A stretch of 64,000 nt of DNA, taken from positions 132,280 through 196,279 of the forward strand of contig OZ241383.1 in the NCBI GenBank assembly GCA_965200775.1, given 5' to 3'. Each line of letters opens with the position of its first letter. Position 1 is the stretch's first letter. Source of the DNA: Acidimicrobiales bacterium. GTDB lineage: Bacteria; Actinomycetota; Acidimicrobiia; Acidimicrobiales; Bin134. A model generated the notes under the pieces. That model did no database searches and had not been told where the DNA came from. It saw only the letters and a program-made list of their open reading frames with translations. This document shows positions 32,415-41,877 of this stretch, in pieces. The position numbers and the translations under genes were made by a program.

Positions 32415-33449
32415 GTGATGCGGGTGTTGGCTGCGATGTCGGGGGGCGTGGACTCGTCGGTGGCTGCGGCTCTGCTGGCCGAGCAGGGGCACGAGGTGGT
32501 GGGTGTGACCCTCAAGTTGTGGGGAGGGGAGTCCGATACCGGGTGCTGCTCGGTGTCCGACGTGGACGATGCCCGCCGAGTGGCCGACCGGTTGGGGTTG
32601 CAGCACCACGTGTTCAACTTCGGCGACGCCTTCGACGAGCGGGTGGTGGCCCCCTATGTGGACGATCATGCCGCCGGTCTGACCCCCAACCCCTGTATCG
32701 AGTGCAACCGGCACATCAAGTTCGACAAGCTCATGGTGCGGGCCGGAGCGCTGGGGTTCGATGCGGTGGCCACCGGCCATCATGCCCGGCTGCACCGGGC
32801 CGCTGACGGCGGTTTCCGGGTGCAGCGAGGGGTGGACGAGGCCAAGGACCAGTCTTATGTGCTGTACATGCTGGGTCAGGAGCAGATGGCCCGGCTGATG
32901 ATGCCCATTGGGGCCATGACCAAGGACGAGGTTCGGGACCGGGCCGCCGAGCTGGGCCTGCGAAACTCGGACAAGCCCGACAGCCAGGACGTGTGCTTTA
33001 TCGCCAACCGGTCGGGGGGACGGCGGGGGTTCCTGGCCCGCCGGCTGGGCGAGGTTCCCGGCACCGTGGTGGATGGGGAGGGGACGGCGGTGGGATCGGT
33101 GGACTCTGTGCATGCGGTGACCATCGGCCAGCGCCGAGGGCTGGGCCTGGGCGGGACCGACGAGCCCCGCTACGTGACAGATGTGGATGTAGCAGCTGCT
33201 CGGGTCACCGTGGGACGGCGGGACGACTTGTTTACCGAGGCGCAGCCGGTGGCCGGAATCCAGTGGGCCGACGAACCGTTGGCCGGGGTAGTGGACGTCC
33301 AGGTGAGCGCCCACGGAACACCCGCGCCCGGGGTGGTCAACCGAGAGGGCGTGGTCCACTGGCACCAGCCCCAGCGCCGGGTAGCCCCAGGCCAAGCGGT
33401 CGTCTTCTACCAGGGTGACCTCGTAGTGGGAGGCGCCGTCGCCGCTTAG
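32415..33449 (+). CDS. mnmA: tRNA-specific 2-thiouridylase MnmA
   Basis: PP-loop VLAAMSGGVDSSVAAALL, CCSVSDVDDARRVADRLG, NPCIECNRHIKF, and DQSYVL. Confidence 0.93.
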   Translation: MMRVLAAMSGGVDSSVAAALLAEQGHEVVGVTLKLWGGESDTGCCSVSDVDDARRVADRLGLQHHVFNFGDAFDERVVAPYVDDHAAGLTPNPCIECNRHIKFDKLMVRAGALGFDAVATGHHARLHRAADGGFRVQRGVDEAKDQSYVLYMLGQEQMARLMMPIGAMTKDEVRDRAAELGLRNSDKPDSQDVCFIANRSGGRRGFLARRLGEVPGTVVDGEGTAVGSVDSVHAVTIGQRRGLGLGGTDEPRYVTDVDVAAARVTVGRRDDLFTEAQPVAGIQWADEPLAGVVDVQVSAHGTPAPGVVNREGVVHWHQPQRRVAPGQAVVFYQGDLVVGGAVAA

Positions 33450-33498
33450 CCAGGCGTCTTGCCCTCCGGGCGTCTTGAGCCATGATCTTGCGGGTGGG

Positions 33499-34365
33499 TT
33501 AGGCGATGAGGGCTCGGAGGGTGGCCAGGCGGGGGGCGATGAGGGTTGAGATCACTGTGGGCCGGTCCTGGGGTGGGGCGAGGGCGGCTTCGCCCCACAG
33601 GGCTCGACCGACGGTGAACCCGGAGCAGCCGGATTCCATGGCCACTTCCAATTGGGCCTGGTAGCTCTCGAAGCTGCCCCCGCCAGACAGCAGGGTCCAG
33701 GGCATGTCGCAGCGGGCGGAGATCTCCTTGCAGGCCGCCGCCCACCGGGACCGGTCGGGGTCGTGGTCGGGATCGACGGGGAACGGCAGCTTCAGCACAT
33801 CGAAGCCCAGGGGAGCGAAGCGGTCCACGGTGTCGAGCACGATCCGGGGGCGGGTGGCAGGGTCGTCCACGGCGTAGAACATCGGCTCCACCAGCAGGGG
33901 GATCCCGACCCGGCGGCACTCGGCCCATATGTCGGCCACGGCACCTTCCTGGGCGGCGGCATGGGGGCGGTCGGGCCGGTAGAGCACGAGCAGCTTGGCC
34001 GAGGCCGCCCCGCAGTCGGCGGCGTCCTGCACCGTCCAGCCATCGAGCAGGGCAACCGGTGAGGCTTCGGGGTCGGCCATGTAACCCTGGGCCTCTAAAG
34101 CAGCGGTAAAGCCCACGCCGGCCGGAAGCTCACCGACAAGCTGGGGGATCGAGAACTCCGGCTCCAGCATCACCCCGGTGGCTCCGGCTGCCAGCCCTGC
34201 GATCAGGTCCCGTTTGAGGTCGGTGATGGACACGGCGGTCACCGAGTCGGGACGTTCCGGAGCCATCACAGCCCGCAGCGAGTCTCGGTGGTCCACAGCG
34301 AGGACCCCGAACCGCCCGTTGTGGCTGATGTCGTCGATGCCCACGGCGATACTGCTCTCGACCAT
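33499..34365 (-). CDS. Class I aldolase of LacD/DUF2090 type; candidate 2-deoxy-5-keto-D-gluconate-6-phosphate aldolase (IolJ-equivalent)
   Basis: FGVLAVDHRDSLRAVM resembles the LacD-type AlDQRgSL motif. The ATG overlaps the iolB stop (TAATG). It is the last gene of the iol-type operon. The functional assignment is an inference from context. Confidence 0.55.
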   Translation of the reverse strand: MVESSIAVGIDDISHNGRFGVLAVDHRDSLRAVMAPERPDSVTAVSITDLKRDLIAGLAAGATGVMLEPEFSIPQLVGELPAGVGFTAALEAQGYMADPEASPVALLDGWTVQDAADCGAASAKLLVLYRPDRPHAAAQEGAVADIWAECRRVGIPLLVEPMFYAVDDPATRPRIVLDTVDRFAPLGFDVLKLPFPVDPDHDPDRSRWAAACKEISARCDMPWTLLSGGGSFESYQAQLEVAMESGCSGFTVGRALWGEAALAPPQDRPTVISTLIAPRLATLRALIA

Positions 34366-35243
34366 TAGGCCACGACGGCGCCGGCCACCGGGAGGGTCCA
34401 CGCACCGGCTCCCCAGTCGGCCTCGATCCAGGTGTGCTCGGCGGCGAAGCACGGGGGTGTGCGCCTCTCATCACCGATCAGTTCCCCGGCCAGATAGTTG
34501 AGGAAGTACATGTTGGAGCTAGGGCAGGCCACCGACGTGTGATAGCCCTTGGGCACCAGCACCACGTCACCGTCGCGGGCCACCACCGCTTCGTCGAACC
34601 CTTCCTCGGCCCGCCAGTTCCGGTGCATGGTGTAGCCCTCGGGCCGGTCGAGGCGGAAGTAGTACACCTCCTCCAGGTAGGGGGAGCCGTCCCGCCCGTC
34701 GTGGCAGTGAGGGGGCCAGCCCGACCACGTTCCCCGGGGCACGAACACTTCGTAGAGGATGAGACGTTCGGCGGGCAGCGGATGGGCCAGCGAGTGAACC
34801 ACCTGTCGGTAGGCCTGACCCCCGCCCCTGATCTCCACCCGCATCTCTGCGGGTTCGAACACCCGGGTCGGATATAGCCCCTCGGCGGGGGCCGACCCCA
34901 CCGCCGCGGTCAGTGAGGCATCGGTCGATATCCGGTATTCCGTGCCCGGCGGGACGTAGACGATTCGCCCCAGCTCCTCGAACACCGAGGAGCGGCTGAT
35001 GGCGGCGTCTATGGGGCCTGCTTCCACCCGCCCCGCTCCCGACAGCGGGACGATTGCCGTCTCCCGGCCGGCCTCGACGCCCGACCAGGGTTCGGACGGG
35101 GTGAGTTCCACTACCGAGAAGGCCACGTTGTCCCAGCCGGCCGAGGCCGGGGTCACGTCCAGGATCCGTCCCGGACCAGCCGAGGGTCGGATCGGGCCCG
35201 AAGCCGGCCCAGACGGAGGGCCGGAGGAGTCAGTACTGGTCAT
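34365..35243 (-). CDS. iolB: 5-deoxy-glucuronate isomerase
   Basis: Cupin-type IolB: GWDNVAFSVVEL, IVPLSG, RQVVHSL...ERLILYEVFVPRGTWSGWPPHCHD...YLEEVYYFR. Start chosen at ATG 35243. Confidence 0.85.
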   Translation of the reverse strand: MTSTDSSGPPSGPASGPIRPSAGPGRILDVTPASAGWDNVAFSVVELTPSEPWSGVEAGRETAIVPLSGAGRVEAGPIDAAISRSSVFEELGRIVYVPPGTEYRISTDASLTAAVGSAPAEGLYPTRVFEPAEMRVEIRGGGQAYRQVVHSLAHPLPAERLILYEVFVPRGTWSGWPPHCHDGRDGSPYLEEVYYFRLDRPEGYTMHRNWRAEEGFDEAVVARDGDVVLVPKGYHTSVACPSSNMYFLNYLAGELIGDERRTPPCFAAEHTWIEADWGAGAWTLPVAGAVVA

Positions 35244-36225
35244 GGTTGCCCCCCGAGGGTGATGAAACGAGATCGCCGGTTTCCATTTCGAGCTTGAACA
35301 GCTCCAGTAGCTCGCGAGGGCCGAGCGGCTGGTAGCCGAGGACCTCGGCGGTGCGAACCGGGGCCAAAGTGGTGTCATAAGGGATGCGAGCACCCGACAG
35401 CGACGCCATCATCTCAGGGTCGGGAGGTACCGACCTCAAAAGAGTTGGGTCTTGGCCGAACACGTCACAGGCCAGGCGGGCCAGCTCCATGCGGCCGCTC
35501 GGCTCGGCCCCGCAGCAGTGGAATATCCCTTTGGCGTCGTCGATGGTCGCCATCAGCCACATGGCTTCGGCGCATTCGCTGGCCAGGCTGGGCGTGGCCG
35601 TCATGTTTATTTCGTCGCTCTCCCACACTCCGAACGGCAGGCCCTGCGACACCACATCCAGCACCGAGGTAACGAAGTAGCCGAAACCGGGGTCCTGGCC
35701 TCGTGGCATCTCGTCGCGAGCCCAGTGGATGCCGTTCACCGCCGACACCCGGGCCACAGCGGCCCGCTCCGCCCGGAGCAGGGCGGCCTGCTCGCTGAGC
35801 GCCTTCAGCACGCCGTAGTAGTTCACCGGATTGGGGGGAGCGTGCTCGTCGGCAGGGGCCTGGGTGCCGTCGAACACCCAGTCGGTGGACACCACGATGA
35901 GCTTGGCCCCCACCCGGTTGGCGGCCTCTGCCAAGGTGATGGTGGCCTCCACGTAGCTGCGCCACCCCAGCTCACGCTGGGCGTAGATTCCGGCCAGGTC
36001 GTTGAGGATCATGGCGTGGGCGATCACGTCGGGGTCGAACCCCTCCACGCTGGCCTGCACCGCATCCCGGTCGAGCAGGTCGAGCGGCTCGATGGTGTAA
36101 CCCTGGGGTTGGTCGGGGATGAAGGAGTGGACCGGACAGTGGACCACCGCGTTGTGGCGCTCGGCGAACACCTTGACGATGTTGGAACCGACAAAGCCGG
36201 TGCCCCCGGTGACGTAAGCCCTCAT
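35230..36225 (-). CDS. NAD(P)-dependent sugar epimerase/reductase (extended SDR, RmlD-like)
   Basis: MRAYVTGGTGFVGSNIV Rossmann start and YGVLKALSE (YxxxK). Start chosen at ATG 36225. Confidence 0.7.
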   Translation of the reverse strand: MRAYVTGGTGFVGSNIVKVFAERHNAVVHCPVHSFIPDQPQGYTIEPLDLLDRDAVQASVEGFDPDVIAHAMILNDLAGIYAQRELGWRSYVEATITLAEAANRVGAKLIVVSTDWVFDGTQAPADEHAPPNPVNYYGVLKALSEQAALLRAERAAVARVSAVNGIHWARDEMPRGQDPGFGYFVTSVLDVVSQGLPFGVWESDEINMTATPSLASECAEAMWLMATIDDAKGIFHCCGAEPSGRMELARLACDVFGQDPTLLRSVPPDPEMMASLSGARIPYDTTLAPVRTAEVLGYQPLGPRELLELFKLEMETGDLVSSPSGGNHDQY

Positions 36226-36299
36226 GGTTGGCTGCTCCTGAGATGGGGTAGAAGATGGCTGGTCATGGTCGCTTGGCGAACTGGCATGGTCTCGAACCC

Positions 36300-37307
36300 T
36301 CAGGTGATCTCGTCGGTTCGTACCGGGCGCTGCTCCCGCACCGAACGCCACGCGGCCAGCCCGATCACCAGCGGGGCCCGGCCGTCGGCCAATGTGACCG
36401 GCGAAGGTGCGCCACCCACCACATCCAAAAAAGCAGCCCACTGGGCCAGGTAGGAGGGGATGTACCGCTCGAGGAAGAAATAGGGCAGCGTCGGCCCCCG
36501 AGACCCATCGGCGGTGCGGGTGGTCGCGGTGGCTGTCAACGGGTTCTCCGAAGCAGCCATGCCCCCGGAACCGAACGCCTCCACCCGCTGGTCGTAGCCG
36601 TAAACCGCCTGGCGGCTGTTGTCGATGGTGCTGATGGCCCCGTTGGCGTGGTGGCAGACGATCACCGCAGTGTCGAGATCACCGACCTCCCCGATGGCCG
36701 GGTCGATGAGCACCGCGCCGGTGGCGTACACCTCGGTGACCTCGCTCCCGGTGATGAAGCGGATCATGTCGAAGTCGTGGATGGTCATGTCGCAGAAGAT
36801 CCCGCCCGATTCATCCAGGTACATCAGCGGAGGGGGCGCCGGGTCGCGGCTGGAGACCCGCACCAGGTGGACATCGCCGATCTCACCCGAGGCCACCTGA
36901 TTGTGAACATAGCGATGGCTAGGATCGAAACGGCGGTTGAACCCCACCTGCACCGGAATGCCGGCGGCCTCGGCGGCGGCGATACCCCGGTCGACTTCGG
37001 CCAGGTTGAGGCCCAGCGGCTTCTCCACGAACGCAGCCTTTCCGGCCTCGGCCGCCGCCACCAGCAGGTCCACATGGGTGTGGGTGGAGCTGCACACCGC
37101 CACAGCATCCACGTCGGCGGCTTCGAGCAGGGCCCCTGGCGATGGGGCGTGGCGTGTACCCAGTTCGGTGGCCAGCGCGGCCGCTGCGTCGTCCACCACG
37201 TCGTACACCGCTGCCAGCTCGGCCCCGGCCACCTGGTGGGTGATCAGCTCGGCGTGCATCCGCCCGATCCGACCGCAGCCCAACACCCCGATACGAACAG
37301 TGTTCAT
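36300..37307 (-). CDS. iolG: Inositol 2-dehydrogenase-type Gfo/Idh/MocA oxidoreductase
   Basis: VRIGVLGCGRIGRMHAELI, EKPL, and IolG-like length. The ATG overlaps the stop of the upstream oxygenase gene (ATGA). Confidence 0.8.
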   Translation of the reverse strand: MNTVRIGVLGCGRIGRMHAELITHQVAGAELAAVYDVVDDAAAALATELGTRHAPSPGALLEAADVDAVAVCSSTHTHVDLLVAAAEAGKAAFVEKPLGLNLAEVDRGIAAAEAAGIPVQVGFNRRFDPSHRYVHNQVASGEIGDVHLVRVSSRDPAPPPLMYLDESGGIFCDMTIHDFDMIRFITGSEVTEVYATGAVLIDPAIGEVGDLDTAVIVCHHANGAISTIDNSRQAVYGYDQRVEAFGSGGMAASENPLTATATTRTADGSRGPTLPYFFLERYIPSYLAQWAAFLDVVGGAPSPVTLADGRAPLVIGLAAWRSVREQRPVRTDEIT

Positions 37308-38752
37308 GGGCGCTCCCTTTCCGACGCTGCCTTCAGGGCAGACACCACCCGACCGCTGCGGATCTCCACGGGGTAAAGGGCCAGCGGTTTCTTGGCCGGG
37401 CGGCGCACCGCCTCGCCGGTGCGGAGGTCGAAACGCCCGTTGTGCTTGGGGCATTCCACCACGTAGTCCAGCACCGCGCCCTCTGCCAGGTGGGCCTCCT
37501 GGTGGGTGCAGAGTCCGTCGCTGCACACCAGGGTGCCGTCGGCCAGGCAGAACAGGGCGTAGGTGGCGTCGCCCACGTCAAGCCGCCTTACCCCACCGGG
37601 AGCGAGCTCGTCGGCCGGGCCCAGGTCGAACCAGCCATCGTGACGGTTACCGGCCCAAACGGTGTGCCCGGTGTTCACGTGCGACCGGCCGGCGCCGGCC
37701 ACATCCGGCAGGTCGGGGCGGGGCTTGTCGTAGGCCGGGTCGCGCCACTGGCGCCGCAGGGTGGCCAGGATGTCCCGGTAGGCCGACCAGGTACCGGGCG
37801 ACGCCGGGGCCAGGTGGTACTTCACCTCGTGGTGCAGCGCGGGGAGGGCGTAGTAGGGCACCGAGGGGAAGATGTGGTGCTCCACGTGGTAGTTCATGTT
37901 GGAGTACAGGAAGCGGAAGACCGGGTTCATGTACACGGTTCGGGTGTTGAGGCGGTGGTCGAGCACGTTCTCCCGCAGCCCTGCGTGCTGTGTGATGGCG
38001 AAGAACACCATGAGCCAGGCCCCGTAGATGGTGGGCAGCCCCACAAACAGCAGGGGCACGATGGTCCACGCCGCCACCGACCAGGCTGTCACCCCGGCCA
38101 GGATGGCGATGTAGGCCCGGGACTCCCACCGCAGCTTGCCCAGCTCGTCTGCCGGAATGAACGAGCGGGCCTCCTCGTCGATGCGTCCCACGGCGTGCTC
38201 GGCGGTGCGCAGAACCATCTTGGGTACGTTCAAGATGGGCAGGAACACGAGGGTCACCGCACCGGCCGACGAGGGGCGGGGGAAGATGATCTCGGCGTCA
38301 CGCCCCACCACGATGGTGTCGGTGTGGTGCCGCACATGAGACCACCGCCACAGGGTGGGCTGGCGCAGCAGCATGAACGAGGCCAGGTAGTACACCACGT
38401 CGTTTAGCCGCTTGGACTTGAAGGCCGTCCCGTGGCCGCACTCGTGCCAGCGGGAGTCACCGGCTCCCCCGTATAGGGCGCCGTAGGCCGCGAAGGCCGG
38501 GACGGCCCACCAGGAGCCCAGCGAGATGAAGGCCAGGTAGCCGAATCCCCCCAGCAGGGCCAGCCAGGCCACGGTGTCCACCCCGGCCCGAACGTTGCCC
38601 CTCACCTGAAGCTCGCGCAACCGCTCGGGGTCGATCGGGGGGCGGAACCACTCGGCCTCCACCAGGCCTGCACTTTCCGCTCGGGCGGCCTCCGGTCCGC
38701 CGACCCGGTAGTCACGCCCGGCGGCACTCACCGGTGCCTCCTCGATCACCAT
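37304..38752 (-). CDS. Membrane di-iron fatty-acid-desaturase-family oxygenase fused to a C-terminal Rieske [2Fe-2S] domain (MocD-MocE-like fusion)
   Basis: His boxes HECGH, HVRHH and HVEHH with TM segments. The C-terminal CTHQEAHL...CPKHNGRF is the Rieske C-x-H...C-x-x-H motif. The gene is translationally coupled on both sides: ATGGTGA with iolD and ATGA with iolG. Confidence 0.8.
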   Translation of the reverse strand: MVIEEAPVSAAGRDYRVGGPEAARAESAGLVEAEWFRPPIDPERLRELQVRGNVRAGVDTVAWLALLGGFGYLAFISLGSWWAVPAFAAYGALYGGAGDSRWHECGHGTAFKSKRLNDVVYYLASFMLLRQPTLWRWSHVRHHTDTIVVGRDAEIIFPRPSSAGAVTLVFLPILNVPKMVLRTAEHAVGRIDEEARSFIPADELGKLRWESRAYIAILAGVTAWSVAAWTIVPLLFVGLPTIYGAWLMVFFAITQHAGLRENVLDHRLNTRTVYMNPVFRFLYSNMNYHVEHHIFPSVPYYALPALHHEVKYHLAPASPGTWSAYRDILATLRRQWRDPAYDKPRPDLPDVAGAGRSHVNTGHTVWAGNRHDGWFDLGPADELAPGGVRRLDVGDATYALFCLADGTLVCSDGLCTHQEAHLAEGAVLDYVVECPKHNGRFDLRTGEAVRRPAKKPLALYPVEIRSGRVVSALKAASERERP

Positions 38753-40689
38753 CCCACCCTCTGGGCCGACTTGTCGGATTCCATCGCGGCCCGGGCTGCT
38801 CGCACATCGGGGCTGGCGCTTACCTCGGGCACCCCCACCTCCCAGAACGAACCACCCTCGGTCCACCGGTAAGCGTGTGTCCGCAGGGCGATCACGTAGG
38901 TGCGCTCGGAGGCCCGGGACCTTCCGAAAGCGGCCTCCAGTTCGGCGATTGTGGACACGGTCTCGGCCTCACAGCCCATCGACGCGGCGTGGGCGGCGAA
39001 GTCTACCGCGGTTACCTCCTGCACCCGGGAATCGACGATGAGGTTGTTGAACGGCACCCCTCCCTGGGCCAACTGCAAGCGGTTGATCACCGCGTAGCCC
39101 CCGTTGTCGCACACGATCACGATGAGCTTGTGGCCGGTCAGCACCGTGCTGTACAGGTCGCTGTTCATCATCAGGTAGGAGCCGTCGCCCACCAGCACCA
39201 CCACCTCCCGGTCGGGCAACGCCATCTTGGCCCCCCACCCGCCGGAGATCTCGTAGCCCATGCAGGAGTAGCCGTACTCGCAGTCGAAGGAGTGGACGGA
39301 CCGGCCCCGCCACCCGTTCACCAGTTCGCCGGGGAACCCTCCGGCAGCAGCCAGCACGTAGGTGGACTCGCCGGCGGCCCGATCAACCACCCCCACCACC
39401 TGGGCGTAGGTTGGAAGGTCGGCCTGATCGTCCCCATCATCCCCGGTGGCCTGGTTGGGGGCGGCCACTATCTCGGGAGCGGCGATCTTGTCGATGTAGG
39501 CGTGGTACTGCGAGGTTTCCGACGAAGCCCGATCGGACCATTCCTCTGGTCCCCGGTAGCGGCCCAGCGCAGCGCTCAGCTCGTCGAGACCCTCGCGGGC
39601 GTCGGCCACCAGCGGTAGCGACCGGTGTTTGGTGGCGTCGAAGCGGGCCGCGTTCAGGCCGATGATCCGAACCTCATCGCCGCCTCCGAACACGGTCCAC
39701 GATCCGGTCACGAAGTCCCCGAGGCGGGTGCCCACCGCCAGCACCACGTCGGCCTCGGCGGCCATGGCGTTGGCCGAGGTGCAGCCGGTCACGCCGATGG
39801 GGCCGCAGTTGAGCCGGTGGTCTGCCACCAGCGAGGTGCGCCCGGCCACCGTCTCCACCACCGGGATGTTGTGGGCTTCGGCGAAGTCACGCAGGCGGTC
39901 CTCGGCCAGCGACCAGTGAACCCCGCCCCCGGCGATGATGAGCGGTCGCTCGGCGGCGGCCAGCGCGTCGGCAGCCCGGCGCAGCTCCCCGGTATCGGGC
40001 CGGGGACGGCGAATCTCGTGAACCGTCTCCTCGAAGAACCGGGCCGGGAAGTCGAAGGCCTCGCCCTGTATGTCCTGGGGGAGGCTGATAAAGGCCGGTC
40101 CACACTCGCCAGGGTCGAGCATGGTGTGTATTGCATGGGGCAGGGAATGGGTGATCTGCTCGGGAGCGGTGATCCGGTCCCAGTAACGCACCACCGGTTT
40201 GAAGGCGTCGTTGACGGTGGTGGCCGGAGCGTTGAAGTGCTCAACCTGCTGCAGCACCGGGTCGGGGATGCGGCTGTTGAAGGTGTCACCGGCCAGCAGC
40301 AGTAGGGGCATCCGGTTGGCCATGGCCACCGCGGCGGCGGTCACCATGTTGGTGGCACCGGGGCCGATGGAGCTGGTGGCGGCCATGATGCGGCGGCGGC
40401 GGTTGGCCTTGGCGAAGGCCACCGCGGCCAGGGCCATGCCCTGCTCGTTTTGGCCTCTCCAGGTGGGCAGCGCCTCGCCGGCCTGTTCCAGCTCGTGTCC
40501 GAGGCAGGTGACGTTGCCGTGGCCGAAGATGGCGAACACCCCGGCGAACAGCGGGACGGTGCCGTCCCTGGCTTCAGGGCCGCCCCGCACGTGGTCGGGA
40601 CCGGCAACCTCGGGGCCCACCGCCGCGATGCGTTGGGCGGCCATGTAGCGCACGATGGCCCCCGACGCCGTGATGCGGATGGTATCCAT
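38746..40689 (-). CDS. iolD: 3D-(3,5/4)-trihydroxycyclohexane-1,2-dione acylhydrolase (TPP enzyme)
   Basis: 647 aa of the acetolactate-synthase-like TPP family. It has the IolD-typical N-terminus (TIRITASGAIVRYMAAQ) and the TPP-binding GDGSYLMMNSDLYS. Confidence 0.88.
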   Translation of the reverse strand: MDTIRITASGAIVRYMAAQRIAAVGPEVAGPDHVRGGPEARDGTVPLFAGVFAIFGHGNVTCLGHELEQAGEALPTWRGQNEQGMALAAVAFAKANRRRRIMAATSSIGPGATNMVTAAAVAMANRMPLLLLAGDTFNSRIPDPVLQQVEHFNAPATTVNDAFKPVVRYWDRITAPEQITHSLPHAIHTMLDPGECGPAFISLPQDIQGEAFDFPARFFEETVHEIRRPRPDTGELRRAADALAAAERPLIIAGGGVHWSLAEDRLRDFAEAHNIPVVETVAGRTSLVADHRLNCGPIGVTGCTSANAMAAEADVVLAVGTRLGDFVTGSWTVFGGGDEVRIIGLNAARFDATKHRSLPLVADAREGLDELSAALGRYRGPEEWSDRASSETSQYHAYIDKIAAPEIVAAPNQATGDDGDDQADLPTYAQVVGVVDRAAGESTYVLAAAGGFPGELVNGWRGRSVHSFDCEYGYSCMGYEISGGWGAKMALPDREVVVLVGDGSYLMMNSDLYSTVLTGHKLIVIVCDNGGYAVINRLQLAQGGVPFNNLIVDSRVQEVTAVDFAAHAASMGCEAETVSTIAELEAAFGRSRASERTYVIALRTHAYRWTEGGSFWEVGVPEVSASPDVRAARAAMESDKSAQRVGW

Positions 40690-40701
40690 GGCTTGCCCCT
40701 C

Positions 40702-41877
40702 TCAGTCGATCCTCAACGACTCCACGTCTTCCCACCGGCCAGTTTCCCAGCTTTTGAGCATGGCGGCCTGCACGCTCACGCAGGCCAGCGCCTGCTCCAT
40801 GCCAGCGCCGTGGGGCCGTCCCTCGGCCACCGCCGAGAGGAATTCGTGGTCCTGGATGGCCACAAGGTCCTCGAAGCCGATGGAGTTGGCGTCGCCGGGG
40901 ACGAAGGCCCCGTGGTAGGGGTGGCGCTCGCCAGCGCGCACCGTGGTGTAGCCCTGCTGGGGGTCGGCGGCCCGGAAGTGTTGGAGCTCGTTGAGGGTCT
41001 CGTGGTTCCAGCTCAGCGCCCCCTCGGTGCCGTAAACGTCGAACGCCATCTGGCTCTGCGGACCGACGATGGCCCGCCCGGCCTCGAACACGCCCCGGCT
41101 ACCGTTCGCGAACACAGCCAGCGCTCCGAAGTAGTCCTCGTTGGTGACCTCACCGGTGGGATCGCCGGGCTTGCCCCGGTCGTAGTGGGTGCCCGCTTCC
41201 GACGGCAGCGGGCGCTGCTTGATGAACGTCTCCCCGGTGCCCACCACCCGGGTGATCGGTCCGTTGAGCATCATGGCCAGGTCCACGGCGTGGCTCAGGA
41301 TGTCGGTGGTGACCCCGTGGCCGGCCTGGTCGATCAGAAAGCGCCAAGAAAGTAGGCCCAGCGGGTCGGCCCCGTACATGGAGAAGAACCGCCCCCGGTA
41401 GTTGGTTATCTCCCCCAGGTCGCCGGCTTCGATGAGTCGGCGGGCGTGCAGCACCAGCGGGGCGAAGCGGTAGTTGTAGCCCACACCGGTGACGACCCCG
41501 GCCCGGCGGCAGGCTTGTTCGATCCGGGCGGTTTGGACCGGGGTTCCCCCGGCCGGCTTCTCGCAGAACACATGCTTTCCGGCTTCGGCGGCCGCGGTGG
41601 CCACCGGCTCGTGGAGCATGTTGGGAGCGCAGATCACCACCACGTCGGCGTCGGGATGGTCCACCGCGGCCCGCCAATCGCCGGTTGTATCCCTGAAACC
41701 GAAGGCGCTCCTGGCGGCGTGGAGCCGGGAATCGACGGTGTCGGAGCACACCACCAGGTCGGGGTGGTAGGGCCGATCCTCGAACAGGGTGGGCAGGCGG
41801 AGGTAGGAGCGGGAGTGGGCCTGCCCCATCCACCCGAATCCCACCACGGCCAGCCCGATGCGCCTTGGGGCGGTCAT
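40702..41877 (-). CDS. Gfo/Idh/MocA family oxidoreductase
   Basis: IGLAVVGFGWMGQAHSRSY Rossmann start, FCEKP motif, 391 aa. Confidence 0.8.
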   Translation of the reverse strand: MTAPRRIGLAVVGFGWMGQAHSRSYLRLPTLFEDRPYHPDLVVCSDTVDSRLHAARSAFGFRDTTGDWRAAVDHPDADVVVICAPNMLHEPVATAAAEAGKHVFCEKPAGGTPVQTARIEQACRRAGVVTGVGYNYRFAPLVLHARRLIEAGDLGEITNYRGRFFSMYGADPLGLLSWRFLIDQAGHGVTTDILSHAVDLAMMLNGPITRVVGTGETFIKQRPLPSEAGTHYDRGKPGDPTGEVTNEDYFGALAVFANGSRGVFEAGRAIVGPQSQMAFDVYGTEGALSWNHETLNELQHFRAADPQQGYTTVRAGERHPYHGAFVPGDANSIGFEDLVAIQDHEFLSAVAEGRPHGAGMEQALACVSVQAAMLKSWETGRWEDVESLRID

